From Squalus acanthias (Eukaryota): DNA of 64,000 bases. The position numbers and the translations under genes were made by a program. The notes beneath the pieces are model-generated. The model did not search any database and was not told the DNA's origin. It worked only from the letters and a program-made list of their open reading frames with translations. Positions 13,077 through 26,200 of this stretch are shown here, in pieces (the first letter of the stretch is position 1; each line of letters opens with the position of its first letter). The stretch is from assembly GCA_030390025.1 (NCBI GenBank), contig CM059432.1:95730001-95794000 (forward strand), given 5' to 3'.

Positions 13077-13832
13077 GGGCTGTATTTTCCGATCAGAGGC
13101 TTCCCGCGTGCGGAAACCTCCGATCTGGAAAAAATCTACGCACTTACCTGAGGGCTCCCGAGGTGCGTATAGTTCCGATCCTAGGCCTCTCCAACTCCAA
13201 GTGTGCAGGGCCTACGTATCCCAGGGGCGCATGTGGTTCACAAGCATCCCTGGGATCACGTGGGCCATGGGGAGCCAATCAAAGAAGGGAATCTCCCTTC
13301 ATACACTTGACAAACAGACCTGTCAAATATATGAATGGAGATCACCCCAAAAACACTGTAAAACATTAAATAATTTTTTTTTAAAACATCACATTTTTAA
13401 AATTAGTTGAAATTACAATAAATTAAATATTTTAAACAAATTTAATTTTTTGAAAAAAATAATTAAAGTTTTTTACAGGGCTAAAAATAAACTTACCTTT
13501 TTAAAAGTTTTTTTAAATGATAAATGACTGAAATTATATTTTTTTACTTTTTTCAACTCTTATCCTGGTAAAAGCAGGCCTTACGCCTGCTTTTACCAGG
13601 CGTAAGAATTCTAAAGGTTTTCTGTGGGCGGAGGGACTCCAGAAAGCAGAACTATCCGCCCGCAGAGGCCCTTCTCTAGCGCAGGCGTCCGATCTGTCAA
13701 GAGCATTCTTAACAGATCAGAAATGCTGGTTTTCAGCGCATGCACTGTGCATGCCTGAAACCGGCATTTCCGATGTCCCTACGGGTGGGTACACAGCGCG
13801 CACACACCCTTAGGGATCGGAATATCCGGGCC
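13077..13832. mobile_element. PIF/Harbinger-like MITE nested in CR1
   Basis: Imperfect TIRs gggctgtattttccgatc / gatcggaatatccgggcc, 3-bp flanks att/aat, and an internal perfect 16-bp hairpin at 13564-13600. Confidence 0.75.
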
Positions 13833-14612
13833 AATATATTTGGTCCCCTCATCCAAATTATTGATGTAAATTGTGAATAGCTGAGGCCCAAGCACTGATC
13901 CTTGCGGAACCCCACTAGTTAAAGCCTGCCAACCTGAAAATGACCCGTTTATTCCTACTCTCTGTTTTCTGTCTGTTAATCAATCCATGCTATTATATTA
14001 CACCCAATCCCATGAGCCCTAATTTTGTTTAATAACCTCTTGTGTGGCATCTTATCGAATATATTTTGAAAATCCAAATACACCACATCCACTGGTTCCT
14101 CCTTATCTATTCTGCTAGTTACAACCTCAAAAAACCCGAACAGAGTCATCAAACATGATTTCCCTTTCATAAATCTGTGTTGACTCTGCCCAATCCTATT
14201 ATTATTTTCTAAGTGCCCTGTTACCACGTCCTTAATAATAGATTCTAGCATTTTCTCTACTACTGATGTCAGGCTAACTGGTCTGTAGTTCCCTGTTTTC
14301 TCTCTCCTTCCTTTCTTAAATAGTGGGGTTACATTTGCTACCTTCCAATCTGCGGGAACCATTCTGGAATCAATGGATTTTTGAAAGATGACAACCAATG
14401 CATCCACTTTCTCTATGGCCACCTCTTTCAAAACCCTAGCATGTAGACCATCAGGTCATGGGGATTTATTGGCTTTCAGTCCCATTAATTTCTCCAGTAC
14501 TATTTATTTTACTAATACTAATTTCTTTCAGTTCCTCATTCTCGCTGGACCCTTGGTTCTCCACTATTTCCGGGAGATTTTTTGCGTCTTCTTCCGTGAA
14601 GACAGACACAAA

Positions 14613-15338
14613 GGGCTCGATTTTGCCAGGCCCGAGGAGGCGGGAATGGAGGCATGTGGGGTGTTAAAATTGCAAGAAATGGCGGGCGGGCCCGACCCCA
14701 CCTCCATGCAATTTTCCCAAATGCGTGGTTTCTGATCCCATCTCCGTCCCGCCTCCAAGAGGCGGGATAGGCCCTTAACAACCACTTAATTGCCTCTATA
14801 ATCCCATTTTGAGAGGCCTTTCTGATTTTAACACTTTTCCGACGTGATGCACGCCTCCTCTGAAACACGACTGTGAAACCTGGCGGTAGCACACTTGGAT
14901 TGCTGACTATCAGCTGCAGGTCCACCATTAAGAAGGAGATTTGATTAATCATCATTCTGGGGGAACTTTTAGCAGTCATAACCATTGTTGTGAAACTTTG
15001 GAGCCTGGAGGAGGAGGAATGGTAGTGGTGGTGGAAGAAAAAAAATCTGGGAGCAGACTTAGGTCTCCTGCTGCTCATTTTGCCTCCAGGTCCTTCTCAC
15101 AGCAAAGGCCAAAAGCTTCCCAATCTTTGCAGACCTTAAATGCAGCAGCAATGATGACATCATCAGAGGCGACTTTCAGACTGAAAAAACTAATTGGGTC
15201 ATGGGTTCCCACATGCTGGAACTCAATTGCCCAATTAGGGGAAAATCGAATAATTCTCCCACATCCAATTGGAGTCGGGTGGCTAACACAAAAAGCGGAT
15301 GACACGACCCCAGCCCACCCCATGACAAAATCGAGCCC
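14613..15338. mobile_element. PIF/Harbinger-like MITE nested in CR1
   Basis: TIRs GGGCTCGATTTTGCCA / TGACAAAATCGAGCCC. It interrupts CR1 ORF2 at NKY, with 3-bp flanks aaa/caa. Confidence 0.85.
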
Positions 15339-16687
15339 CAAGTATTTGTTTAATTTCTCTGTCATTTCCTTATTCCCCATTATAATTTCTCCTGTCTCAG
15401 CCTGTAAGGGACCCACATTTACTTTCGCTAATCTTTTCCTTTTTACATACCTATAGAAGCTTTTACAGTCTGTTTTTATGTCTCTCGCTAGTTTACTCTC
15501 ATATTCTATTTTCCCTTTCTTTATCAATTTCTTGGTCCTCCTTTGTTGAATTCTAAAATCCTCCCAATCCTCAGGCTTACTGCTCTTTTTGGCAACATTA
15601 TAATCCTTTTCCTTTGATCTAATACTATTTTTAACTTCTCTTGTTAGCCATGGTTGGACCACTTTTCCGGTGGGGTTTTTGTGCCTTAAAGGAATGTATA
15701 TTTGTTGTAAATTATGTATTAATTCTTTAAATGCTAGCCATTGCTTGTCTACCGTCATACCTTTTAATGTAGTTTCCCAATCTACCTAAGCCAACTCGCC
15801 CCTCATAATTACGTAGTTTGCTTTGTTTAGATTTAAGACTGTAGTTTCAGATTTAACTAAATCACTTCCAAACTTAATATAAAATTCTATCATATTGTGG
15901 TCACTCTTCCCTAAAGGCCCCTTTACTACAAAGTTATTAATTAACCCTTTCTCATTGCACAATACTAGATCTGAAGTAGCCTGTTCCCTAGTTGGTTCCT
16001 CAACATACTGATCTAGAAAACTATCTTGCATACATTCCATGAATTCGTCCTCCACACTATTATTGCAAATTCGGTTTGTCCATTCTATATGTAGATTAAA
16101 GTCCCCATGATTACTGTATTACCCTTGTTAATGCGCCTCTAATTTCCTGATATATACACTGCCCTACATTACAACTACTGTTCAGGGGCCTATAAACAAC
16201 TCCCACCAATGTTTTCTGCCCCTTGCTGTTGCTTAGCTCCACCCAAACTGATTCTACTTCTTGATTTTCGGAGCTAAGATCCTTTCTCTCTACTGTCTTT
16301 ATCCCATCCTTTATCGGAGCTACACCTCCTCCTTTTCCATTTTGCCTATCTCTTCTAAAAGTTAAGTATCCTGGAATATTTAGTTCCCAACCTTGGCCAC
16401 TTTGCAACCACGTCTCCGTAATGGCTATTAGATCAAACCTGTTAATTTCTATCTCCGCTATTAATTCATCTATTTTGTTGCGAATGCTTCACGCATTCAG
16501 ATATAGTGCCTTTAGCTTTGACTTTTTTCTATTTTTCCCTGATGTCACCTAAGTCACTGATGCCTTATTACCTTTGTTACTCTCTCGGTCCCTTCCTGAC
16601 CCACTCTGCTTATTTTTACCCAAAACTCTGTTCTGCTCTAGAGCCTTGACATTTCTCTTGCTGCTTTTAAATTTACTCTTTCCTGAA

Positions 16688-17320
16688 TCCTCCCTATCCA
16701 CTCTATCTAGGCCCCTCATAATTTTATACACCTCAATTAAATCTCCCCTAAGTCTCCTCAGTTCCAAAATAACAACCCCATCCTATCCAATCTTTCTTCA
16801 TAACTAAAATTTTCCAGTCCTGGCAACATCTTCGTAAATCTCCTCTCTACCTTCTCTAGTGCAATCACATCTTTTCTGTAATGTGGTGACCAGAACTGGA
16901 TGCAGTACTCTAGCTGTGGCCTAACTAGTGTTTTATATAGTTCTAGCATAACCTCCCTGCTCTTACATTCTATGCCTCAGCTAATAAAGGAAAGCATGCC
17001 TTCTTAACCACCTTATCTACCTGTCCTGCTATCTTCAGTGATCTGTGGACATGCACTCCAAGGTCCCTCTGTTCCTCTACACTTCTCAGTATCCTACCAT
17101 TTATTGTGTATTCCCTTGCCTTGTTAGCCCTCCCCAAATACATTACCTCACACTTCTCCAGATTGAATTCCGTTTGCCACTTTTCTGCACACCTGACCAG
17201 ACCATTGATATCTTTCTGTAGTCTACAGCTTACTTCCTCACTATCAATCACACGGCCAATTTTTGTATCATCTGCAAACTTCTTAATCATTGAAGTCTAA
17301 ATCATTGATATATGCAACGA
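16688..17320 (-). mobile_element. CR1 LINE fragment (RT C-terminus)
   Basis: KFADDTKIG and LVRPQLEYCIQFWSP motifs. Confidence 0.9.
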
Positions 17321-17439
17321 AAAGCAAAAGGAGGCCTGGATTTTTTTTCCAATTAGGACGATTTGGAGGGTGCCTAATTTTTGGCTCTTTCTGTGCAGAG
17401 GTCAAGAGTATGTCATGACATTACAGGTATCAATATGTA

Positions 17440-17929
17440 CAGGAAACTCTTGTTTATCCGGCACCCAAATATCCGGAATTCTCGCTTAACCGGCAAAAAT
17501 CATCCTCCGAAAACTCCTCTCAAATAACCGGCAATGTTGCCGATCCCGAGTCCGCGAACGCCGATTTAGTCAGTAGGGGTAGTTTTCAAAAGTGCCACTA
17601 CTCGGCCTCCTGGCGCTGTCGGAAGTCCGAAACACTGCAGTAGCAGGAGTTGATTCTCCCGCGCTGCCGGGAGTCTCACTGTTAAGTAATTAAAGAGTTA
17701 TGGATTACTCTCAACTGGCAGTACTGTACTTAATCAAGCATCTTCCACCATCCATTTAACACAACATTCTGTAGGTGAGTACCCAAATACTGTATACTGC
17801 ACATTTCTTGATTTTTTATTTTTCTTTGTTAAAAATAGCCTCGGTAGATATAACTCTCTGTTATCCGGAACTTTCGATCAACCGGCACCACGCCAGTCCC
17901 GTCGGTGCCGGATACCAAAGAGTTTCCTG
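17440..17929. mobile_element. Tc1/mariner-superfamily (pogo/Tigger-like) MITE
   Basis: ~26-bp TIRs CAGGAAACTCTT...TATCCGGCACC with TA on both sides (17438-17439, 17930-17931). Confidence 0.85.
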
Positions 17930-18009
17930 TAATATACCTATTTTGTCAACACTTAACATTGAAAATGGTGTGTCACAGCACCACCTACAGGATAAAACAG
18001 GTACTGAAA

Positions 18010-18530
18010 GTAACAACAGAAAATGCTGGAAACACTCAGCAGGTCAGGCAGCATCGTGGAGAGAGAAACAGAGTTAACGTTTCAGGTCGATGACCCTTTG
18101 TCAGAACTGGAAAAAGTTGGAGAAGTAACAGATATTTAAGTAAGTGTAGGGGCAGGGAAAGGGGAGAGGGGAGGAAAGAACAAAAGGGAAGATCTGTGAT
18201 AGGATGGAAGGCAGGAGAGATTGAAAGACAAAAGGGATGATGGTGAAAGCCAAAAGGAGATGGTAATGGGACAAGTTAAGAAACAAAAGATGACTCTAGA
18301 TGAAGTGTAAATGACAATGGCAGAGTCATCAACAGCTGCCATGTGAGAGAGAAAAGAAAACATGGGGGCCGAGGCTATGGTCTGAAATTGTTGAACTCAG
18401 TGTTGAGTCCAGAAGGCTGTAAAGTGCCTAATCGAAAGATGAGGTGCTGTTGCTCGAGCTTACGTTGAGCTTCGTTGGAACAGTGTAAGAGGCCGAGGAC
18501 AGAGAGATCAGAGTGGGAGTGGAGCGGAGC
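18010..18530 (-). mobile_element. Penelope-like element 3' end
   Basis: The minus strand encodes the GIY-YIG C-terminus VLGLLHCSNEAQRKLEQQHLIFRLGTLQPSGLNTEFNNFRP*, followed by the hammerhead-bearing tail. Confidence 0.85.
18072..18108 (-). ncRNA. Degenerate hammerhead ribozyme in a Penelope tail
   Basis: Same motif as at 32892, but the core reads CTGACAA (G to A), so it is probably inactive. Confidence 0.6.
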
Positions 18531-20215
18531 GGTACTGGAAGTATTTTAAAACGGAATGTGGTGACTCGGCTATCGATTTTAATATATAACAGATATTGAG
18601 AGTTCCTGTGACAGTTTCAACAGACATCAGGCAGGAATCTTCATATAGTTAATGTTGACCACACTGATTAACAGTTCTGACATAGTGTGCTGATGGATTA
18701 CTGAGTAAAGCCACTGTTTAGTTCAGCACTATGCTTTACAGACGAGCAGATGTCTGGTTTCCAGTCTGAGCTGTTAACTAATCCCAGTTGGAGCAGCGAG
18801 GTAACTGACAAGATGATGCTCACAACACAGGACATTGTCTGCTTCTGCAGCCTGATCCATTTCCTGTTTTAGCCCACCGTGCCCTTCTATTTAATAGTTA
18901 GTAGTTTTGTGAAGATTGAGGGAAGTAATTCCACTATGTAAATTTAACAAAACATACTGAATTTTTTTACTGATTTAAGCAGGATCTAGGCAATTGGGAA
19001 AAGTCTACTATCGGCAAATACTGGCTCTTGTAATAAAAGAAAAAGACTTGCATTTATAGAACACCTTTCATGGCCTCAGGATGTCCAAAAGCGCTTTACA
19101 GCCATAGAATTACATAGAATATACAGCACAGAAACAGGCCATTCGGCCCAATTAGTCTGTGCTGGTGTTTATACTCCACATCTACCTCATCTCTGCCTTT
19201 CAGCAGATCTTTCTATTCCCTTTTCTCTCATGTACGTGTCTAGTTTCCTTTTGAAAGCATCTAAGCTATTTGCCTCAAACACTTCCTGTGGTAGCAAGTT
19301 CCACATCATACCCACTCTGAGTAAATACATTTCTCCTCCTGTCCCTATTGGATTAGTAACTATCTTGTATTTACGGCCTCTAGTTTTGGATTCTCCCACA
19401 AGTGGAAACATTCTCTCCACATCTACCCTGTCCAACCCATTCATAATTTTAAAGCCCTCAATCGGGTCTCCTCCATGTCTTCCCTTTTCTAAAGAAAAAA
19501 GCCCCAATCTGTTCATTATTTCTTAATAGCTGTAATATCTCAGTTCTGATATCATCCTTGTAAATATTTTTTGAACTTTCTTAAGTGCTTCTATATCCTT
19601 TCTATAGTATGGAGATCAGAACTCTGCATAGTAATCTTAGTTGCAGCCTGACCAGAGTCCTATACAAGTTTAGCATAACTTCACTACTTTTGAATTCTAT
19701 ACCTCTAGAAATAAATCCCAGTGCTTTGTTAGTGTTTTTAATTGCTTTGCTGACCTGCGATGCTGCTTTTAATAATTTGTTCACCTGTATCCCTGGATCC
19801 CTTTGCTCTTCTACCCCATTCAGTTTCTTATTTTCTAAGCTGTAGGTGATGTTTCTGTTTTTCCTACCAAAGTGCATCACCTCATATTTATCTGTTAAAA
19901 TTAATTTGCCACTTAACTGCCCAATCTGCAAGTTTTCTAATGTCTTCTTGCATTATGTTGCATTCTTCCTCAATGTTAGCTATACCCCCACCCCTCCCCA
20001 GTTTCGTATCATCTGCAAATTTTGATATTGGGTTGTTTATTCCTAAATCCAAATCATTAATGTAAATTATGATTAACAGTGGTCCCAGCACTAATTCTTG
20101 TAGAACACCGCTTTCTACCTTCCTTCAATCTGAATAACTACCCTTTAACACAACTCTCTGCTTTCTATTTTTTAGCCAATTTGGTATCCATTCAGCTATT
20201 TGTCCCCTGACTCCA

Positions 20216-21075
20216 GGGCCGTGATTTTATCAGCACTGAGAGGGCGGGTTTGGAGGCGGGTCAAGGGGCAAAATCGTATTGATTGACGGTGGGTTTCGAT
20301 CCCACCGTCAACCCGCCTCCAAACAATTTTCCCAAGTGTTGGGTCCCTAATTTGCACATGGACCTGACACCTAGCGGCGGGAAGAGGATTAAAGCCACTT
20401 ACCTGCCTGTTAACAGGTACTTGATAGTAGTTAACAGGCTCTTTTTCAATTTTGCCGCTTCTGCCTCGGGGTTCCCGATGTCCAGACACCACGCCAGGTA
20501 AGTGTGGCATGTTGTGAGTCTGCTGTGGTGTTTCTGCATTGATGACAGCTGCAGAAGTGGGGTGAAGGATCCAATGGTGCACTGGTGAGTTTCAGAGGTA
20601 AGGAAATGTTGGGAAAATTATTTTTAATGCTTTTACACTTTTCGGTAAAAAGTTTTGAAATCGATGTCGAGTCCCACCTCATTGGGAGAACCTCTCTCAC
20701 TAGTGACAGATCGCTTCTGTAACCTCACCTGCAGCTGCCATCTGTTCCAGCCTATGGAGGTAGTCACTGGAGAGCCTGGGTGCAAGAGCTCACCTTTGTA
20801 CAGTGCAGCACCTCAATGCTGTCAAACACTGAGAAATGAGCTGTCAAAGAAAAATTGTGCGTGGTCCCTTTAAGAAAACCAGCAGATGACGCCTCATCAA
20901 ATGACGTCATCTGCCCGGCTTCCTCTTAATTGGCCGGCAAGCCCGCAAGGCGGGCTTAACAAGGCCAATCGACGTAAAATCACATCTGTGGGTCGGATGT
21001 AGTTGGGGGCGGGACTGGAAGCCGGAAACCAGCTGACCCGCTCCCAACCCACATCTATTTACAAAATTGTGGCCC
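20216..21075. mobile_element. PIF/Harbinger-like MITE
   Basis: TIRs GGGCCGTGATTTT / AAAATTGTGGCCC within the CR1 RT. Confidence 0.75.
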
Positions 21076-21390
21076 ACATGTCTGAACCTTTGTCACGAGC
21101 CTACCGTGTGGTACTTTATCAAAGGCCTTTTGAAAATCCAATTATATGACATCTACTGCATTACCCTCATATACTCTTTCTGTTACCTCTTCAAAGAATT
21201 TATCAGGTTAGTTAAGCATGACTTAGCCTTTTGGAATCCATGCTGACTATTATATTTTCTGTTTCTAGATGCTCTTCTATCATTTCTTTTTGTATAAATT
21301 CTAGTATTGTCCTATCACTGACATTAAGCAGACTGGTCTGTAGTTCCCAGGTTTTGTTTTATCTCCCATTTTCTATATAGGAACAACATT

Positions 21391-22176
21391 CACTGCAGCC
21401 GTGACTGGGACCTTTAAAGGCTGTGTTATCTGCCAGGGTTAAGGACATCTCGCGGCTGGAGAAGAAATTGGAGAAGGAGGGGGAGGATCCAGTTGTTGTG
21501 GTCCACGTAGGAAACTATGACATAGGTAGAACTAGGAATAAGGTTCTACTGAGGAGTTTGAGGAGCTACAAATTAAAAAGCAGAACCTCCAAGGTAATAA
21601 TCGCTAAATTACTATCTGACCAATGCACAAATAGCATAGCGACAAACAGATTAGAGGTTTAAATGTGTGGCTGAAAGAGTGGTGTGGGAGCCAGGGGTTT
21701 CACTTCATGGGGCACTGGCACCAGTACTGGGGAAAGAGGGAGCTGTTCCATTGGGATGGACTCCACTTAAAGCGGGCTAGGATATTTAAAGAAATAATTC
21801 ATAATTCTCAACGAATATATATTCCCTTGAGGAATAAAAACTCCACTGGAAAAATGGTACTTCATGGCTAACTAGAGAAGTTAAGGATAGTATTAGATTA
21901 AAAGATGAGGCTTACAATTTTTCCAAAATGAGTAGTAAGCCCGAGGTTTGGGAGGGTTTTAAAAATCAGCAAAGGATGACCAAGAATTTGATAAAGAGGG
22001 AGAAAGTAAAATATGAGAGTAAACTAGCAAGAAATATAAATACAGATTGTAAGAGCATTTACAAGTATGTAAAAAGTAAGAGATTAGTGAAAGTAAACGT
22101 GGCTCCCTTCGAGGCAGAGAGAGGAGAAATTATAATGGGGAATAAGGAATTGGCAGAGATGTTGAACAAATATTTT
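21391..22176 (+). mobile_element. CR1 LINE 5' portion: ORF1 SGNH-esterase fragment joined to an ORF2 fragment
   Basis: PVVVVHVGNYDIG...WDGLHL (CR1 ORF1 esterase), then YESKLARNINTDCKS (ORF2). Confidence 0.85.
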
Positions 22177-23205
22177 GGCCACGATTTCGCCAACCGAGGT
22201 GGTTCCGGGATGGCCGAGGTCGGTGTTGCAGTCCCAGCCCACTGCCTACTACAGCCCGCACTTTCCAAACGATTTTTTGTTGATTGGCTTGTTAAGCCCG
22301 CCCTGAGAGGTTCCCGGCCAATTACTAGGAAGCAGGTCTGATGACATCATTTGATGACGCGTGTGTCTTAGTGAGTTCCAGTGAATGTTGAGACATAACC
22401 CCCCCCCCCCCCTCCTGCCCCCCAATTGTGATGAGTGATGAGTGTGAAAGGAATGGCTTGGACATTGTAGGGATGCTTTATGGTGCTGGTGTGGGATGGT
22501 GTCAACCTGGCACATCATGTGGCAGCCAGGGTTTACAGCATAAAGTGAAGTTAATCTGGCCATGGTGATGCCATCGCTGGCCTCCCGGGCAACAATGTTG
22601 TTGGGTGCTGATGCCCTGTGTCCTGTGCAGCATCAGGTGATTGCGGAGAATAGCTGGTATTGCTGTTGGTGATGTTGGTGTGCTTGGTGATGTTGGTGTT
22701 GGGGCTGATCGTGGAGGGTTTCAGAGGATCAAGGTGACATTTTTTCAAGGGCACCGATGTTGCTGGAATAGATGGCAGCTGAAGTTGAGATGGCAGAAGC
22801 GATCTGCCAATGGTGAGAGAGCTTGCTCCAAGGAGGTGACACTGGATAGAGAAATTACTCCAAACACTTCCAAACTGCATAAAGCTCAAACGTGTCTTCC
22901 AAGTCCTGAAGGCTCAAGCTTCTGACACTGGAAAGTGAAAATCTGTGAAATAGTAGCTTTCATACCATTTTTGCAGCTGTCACCTATTCACAGCAATGGG
23001 GAGACATAGAGAACCCGACCTACTTACCTGATGGGATTTCCGAACTACCTGAACCTCGTTAAAAATGTGGTAAAATAGAAATAGGCTAGCAAAATAGTAG
23101 TTAACAAGCATTTAACTATCTTAAATGCCTCCCCCGCCGCTTGGTGTCGGGTTTGTTCTGAATTCGCAGACCCGACACTCTGGAAACTTACGCGGGTTCA
23201 GTCTC
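22177..23205. mobile_element. Truncated Harbinger-like non-autonomous element
   Basis: Left TIR-like ggccacgatttcgcc. The subterminal gatgacatcatttgatgacg motif is shared in reverse with 20880-20980. Confidence 0.55.
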
Positions 23206-26200
23206 ATGGCTTCAGGTCAAGCATGGGCAAGGAAACCTCCTGCTGATTACCACCTACCTCCCTCACTCAGCTGATGAATCAGTGCTCCTCCATGTTGAAC
23301 ACCACTTGGAAGAAGCACTGAGAGTAGCAAGGGCACAGAATGTACTCTGGGTGGGGGACTTCAATGTCCATCACCAACAGTGACTCAGTAGCACCACTAC
23401 TGACCGAGCTGGCCAAGTCCTGAAGGATATAGCTGCCAGTCTGGGCCTGCGACAGGTGGTGAGAGAACCTCACTCTACCATTACCATCAAGCCACGGGAC
23501 CAACCCTGGTTCAATAAGAAGTGTAGAAGAGCATGCCAGGAGCAGCACCAGGTGTAGCTAAAAATGTGGTGCCAACCTGGGGAAGCTGCAACACAGGAGT
23601 GGAAGCAGCATGTTATAGTCAGAGCTAAGTGATCCCACAATCAATGGATCAGATCAAAGCTCTGCAGTCCTGCCACATCCAGTTGTGAATGGTGGTGGAC
23701 CATTAAACAACTAACGGGAGGAGGAGGCTCCATGAATAGCCCCATCTTCAATGGTGGTGGAGCCCAGCAGGTGAGTGAAAAAGACAAGGCTGAAGCATTT
23801 ACAACCATCTTCAGCCAGAAGTGCCGAGTGGATGATCCATATCGGCCTCCTCCTGAGGTCCCGACCACCACAGAAGCCAGTCTTCAGCCAATTTGATTCA
23901 CTTCACGTGAAATCAAGAAACGGCTGAGCGCACTGGATGCAGCAAAGGCTATGGGCCCCGACAACATCCCGGCTGTTGTGCTGAAGATTTGTGCTCCAGA
24001 ACTAGCCGCGCCTCTAGCCAAGCTGTTCCAGTCCAGCTACAACACTAGCATCTACCCGACAATGTGGAAAACTGCCCAGGTATGTCCTGTCCACTAAAAG
24101 CAGGACAAATCCAATCCGGCCAATTACCCCCCCATCAGTCTACTCTCAATCATCAGCAAAGTGATAGAAGGTGCCGTCGACAGTGCTATCAAGCAGCACT
24201 TACTCTCCAATAACCCAATCACTGATGCCCAGTTTGGGCCCCCTAGGACCACTCAGCTATAGACCTCATTACAGCCTTAGTCCAAACTTGGATGAAAGAG
24301 CTGAATTCCAGAGGTAAGGTGAGAGTGACTGCCCTTGACATCAAGGCAGCATTTGACCGAGTGTGGCATCAAGGAGCCCTAGGAAAACTGAAGTCAATGG
24401 AAATAGGGGGGAAAGCTCTCCACTGGCTGGAGTCATACCTAGCACAAAGGAAGATGGTTGTGGTTGTTGGAGGTCAATCATCACAGCCTCAGGACATCGC
24501 TGCAGAAGTTCCTCAGGGCAGTGTCCTAGGCCCAACCATCTTCAAATGCTTCATCAATGACCTTCCCTGCATCATAAAGTCAGAAGTGGGGATGTTTGCT
24601 GATAACTGCACAGTGTTCAGTGCCATTCATAACTCTTCAGATACTGAAGCAGTCCATGCCCGCATGCAACAAAACCTGGATGACACTCAGGCTTGGGCTG
24701 ATAAGTTGCAGGCAACATTCGCGCCACACAAGTGCCAGGCAATGACTATCTCCAATAAGCAAGTGTCTAACCACCCCCTTGACATTCAACAGCATTACCA
24801 TCGCCAAATCCTCCACCATCAATATCCTAGGGGTCACCATTGGCCAGAAATTTTTCTGGACCAGCCACATCAATACTGTGGCAACAAGAGCAGGTCAGGG
24901 GCTGGGTATTCTGTGGTAAGTGTCTCACCTCCTGACTCCCCAAAGCCTTTCCACCATCTACAAGGCACAAGTAAGGAGTGTGATGGAATATTCTCCACTT
25001 GCCTGGATGAGTGCAGCTCCAACAACACTCAAGAAGCTCAACGCAATCCAAGACAAAGCAGCCCGCTTGATTGGCACCCCATCCACCACCTTAAACATTC
25101 ACTCTCTCCACCACCGGCGTACCGTGGCTGCAGTGTGTACCATCTACAAGATGCACTGCAGCAACTCGCCAAGGCTTCTTTGGCAGCACCTCCCAAGCCC
25201 GTGACCTCTACCTTCTTCTTCTTCTTAGGCAGTCCCTTGGAACCGAGGATGACTTGCTTCCACATTAAAAATGAGTTCGCAGGTGACTGATGAGTCCAAT
25301 GCGGGACCTACAGTCTCTGTCACAGGTGAGGCAGACGGTGGTTGAAGTGGCGGGTGGGTGGTGTGCTTGGGTTGATGTGCGCTCCTTGCGCTGCCTGCGA
25401 TTGGCTTCCGCTTGCTCCCGGCGAAGAGACTCGAGGTGTTCGGCGCCTTCCCGGATGCTTCTCCTCCACTTTGTGCGGTCTTGGGCCAGGGATTCCCAGG
25501 TGTCGATGGGGATGTTACACTTTTTCAAGGAGGCTTTGAGGGTGTCCTTGAAGCGTTTCCTCTGCCCACCTGGGGCTCTCTTGCCGTGCCGGAGCTCCAA
25601 GTAGAGCGCTTGTTTTGGGAGTCTCGTATCGGGCATGCGGACAATGTGACCTGTCCATCGGAGCTGATCGAGCGTGGTCAAAGCTTCGATGCTGGGGTTG
25701 TTGGCCTGAGCAAGAACACCTACGTTAGTGTGCCTATCCTGCCAATGGATTTGCAGGATCTTGCGGAGGCAGCGTTGGTGGTACCTCTCCAGTGCTTTGA
25801 GGTGCCTGCTGTACATGGTCCATGTCTCTGAGGCATACAGCAGGGCGGGTATCACTGCTGCTCTGTAGACCATGAGCTTAGTGCCGGGTTTGAGGTCCTG
25901 GTCTTCAAACACTCTCTTCCTCAGGCGACCGAAGGCTGCACTGGCACACTGAAGGCAGTGTTGGACTTCGTCGTCGATGTCTGCCCTTGTTGACAGTAGG
26001 CTCCCGAGGTATGGAAAGTGGTCCACGTTGTCCAAGGCCTTGTCATGGATTTTGATAATCGGGGAGCAGTACTGTGTGGCGGGGGCAGGTTGGTAGAGGA
26101 CCTTTGTCTTATGGATGTTTAGTGTAAGACCCATGCTCTCGTACGCTTCGGTAAAGGTGTTGACGATGGTTTGGAGTTCGACCTCCGAGTGAGCGCAGAC

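Larger units (their letters stand above)
11692..16685 (-). mobile_element. CR1/HER1-type LINE with nearly complete, disrupted ORF2 and three nested insertions
   Basis: Endonuclease (WELNIPGY..FRRDR..KGGGVA, SDHN), RT (GNYRPVSLTS, VDVVYLDFQ) and C-terminus (RPHLEYCVQFWSP) are collinear across the inserts. Confidence 0.95.

Noticed and set aside
15075..15758. 227-aa ORF suggesting a novel fusion protein
   Set aside because: CR1 ORF2 reads through by chance into an inserted MITE at 15338.
21423..21780. SGNH esterase-like gene
   Set aside because: It is a frameshifted CR1 ORF1 esterase domain joined to CR1 ORF2.
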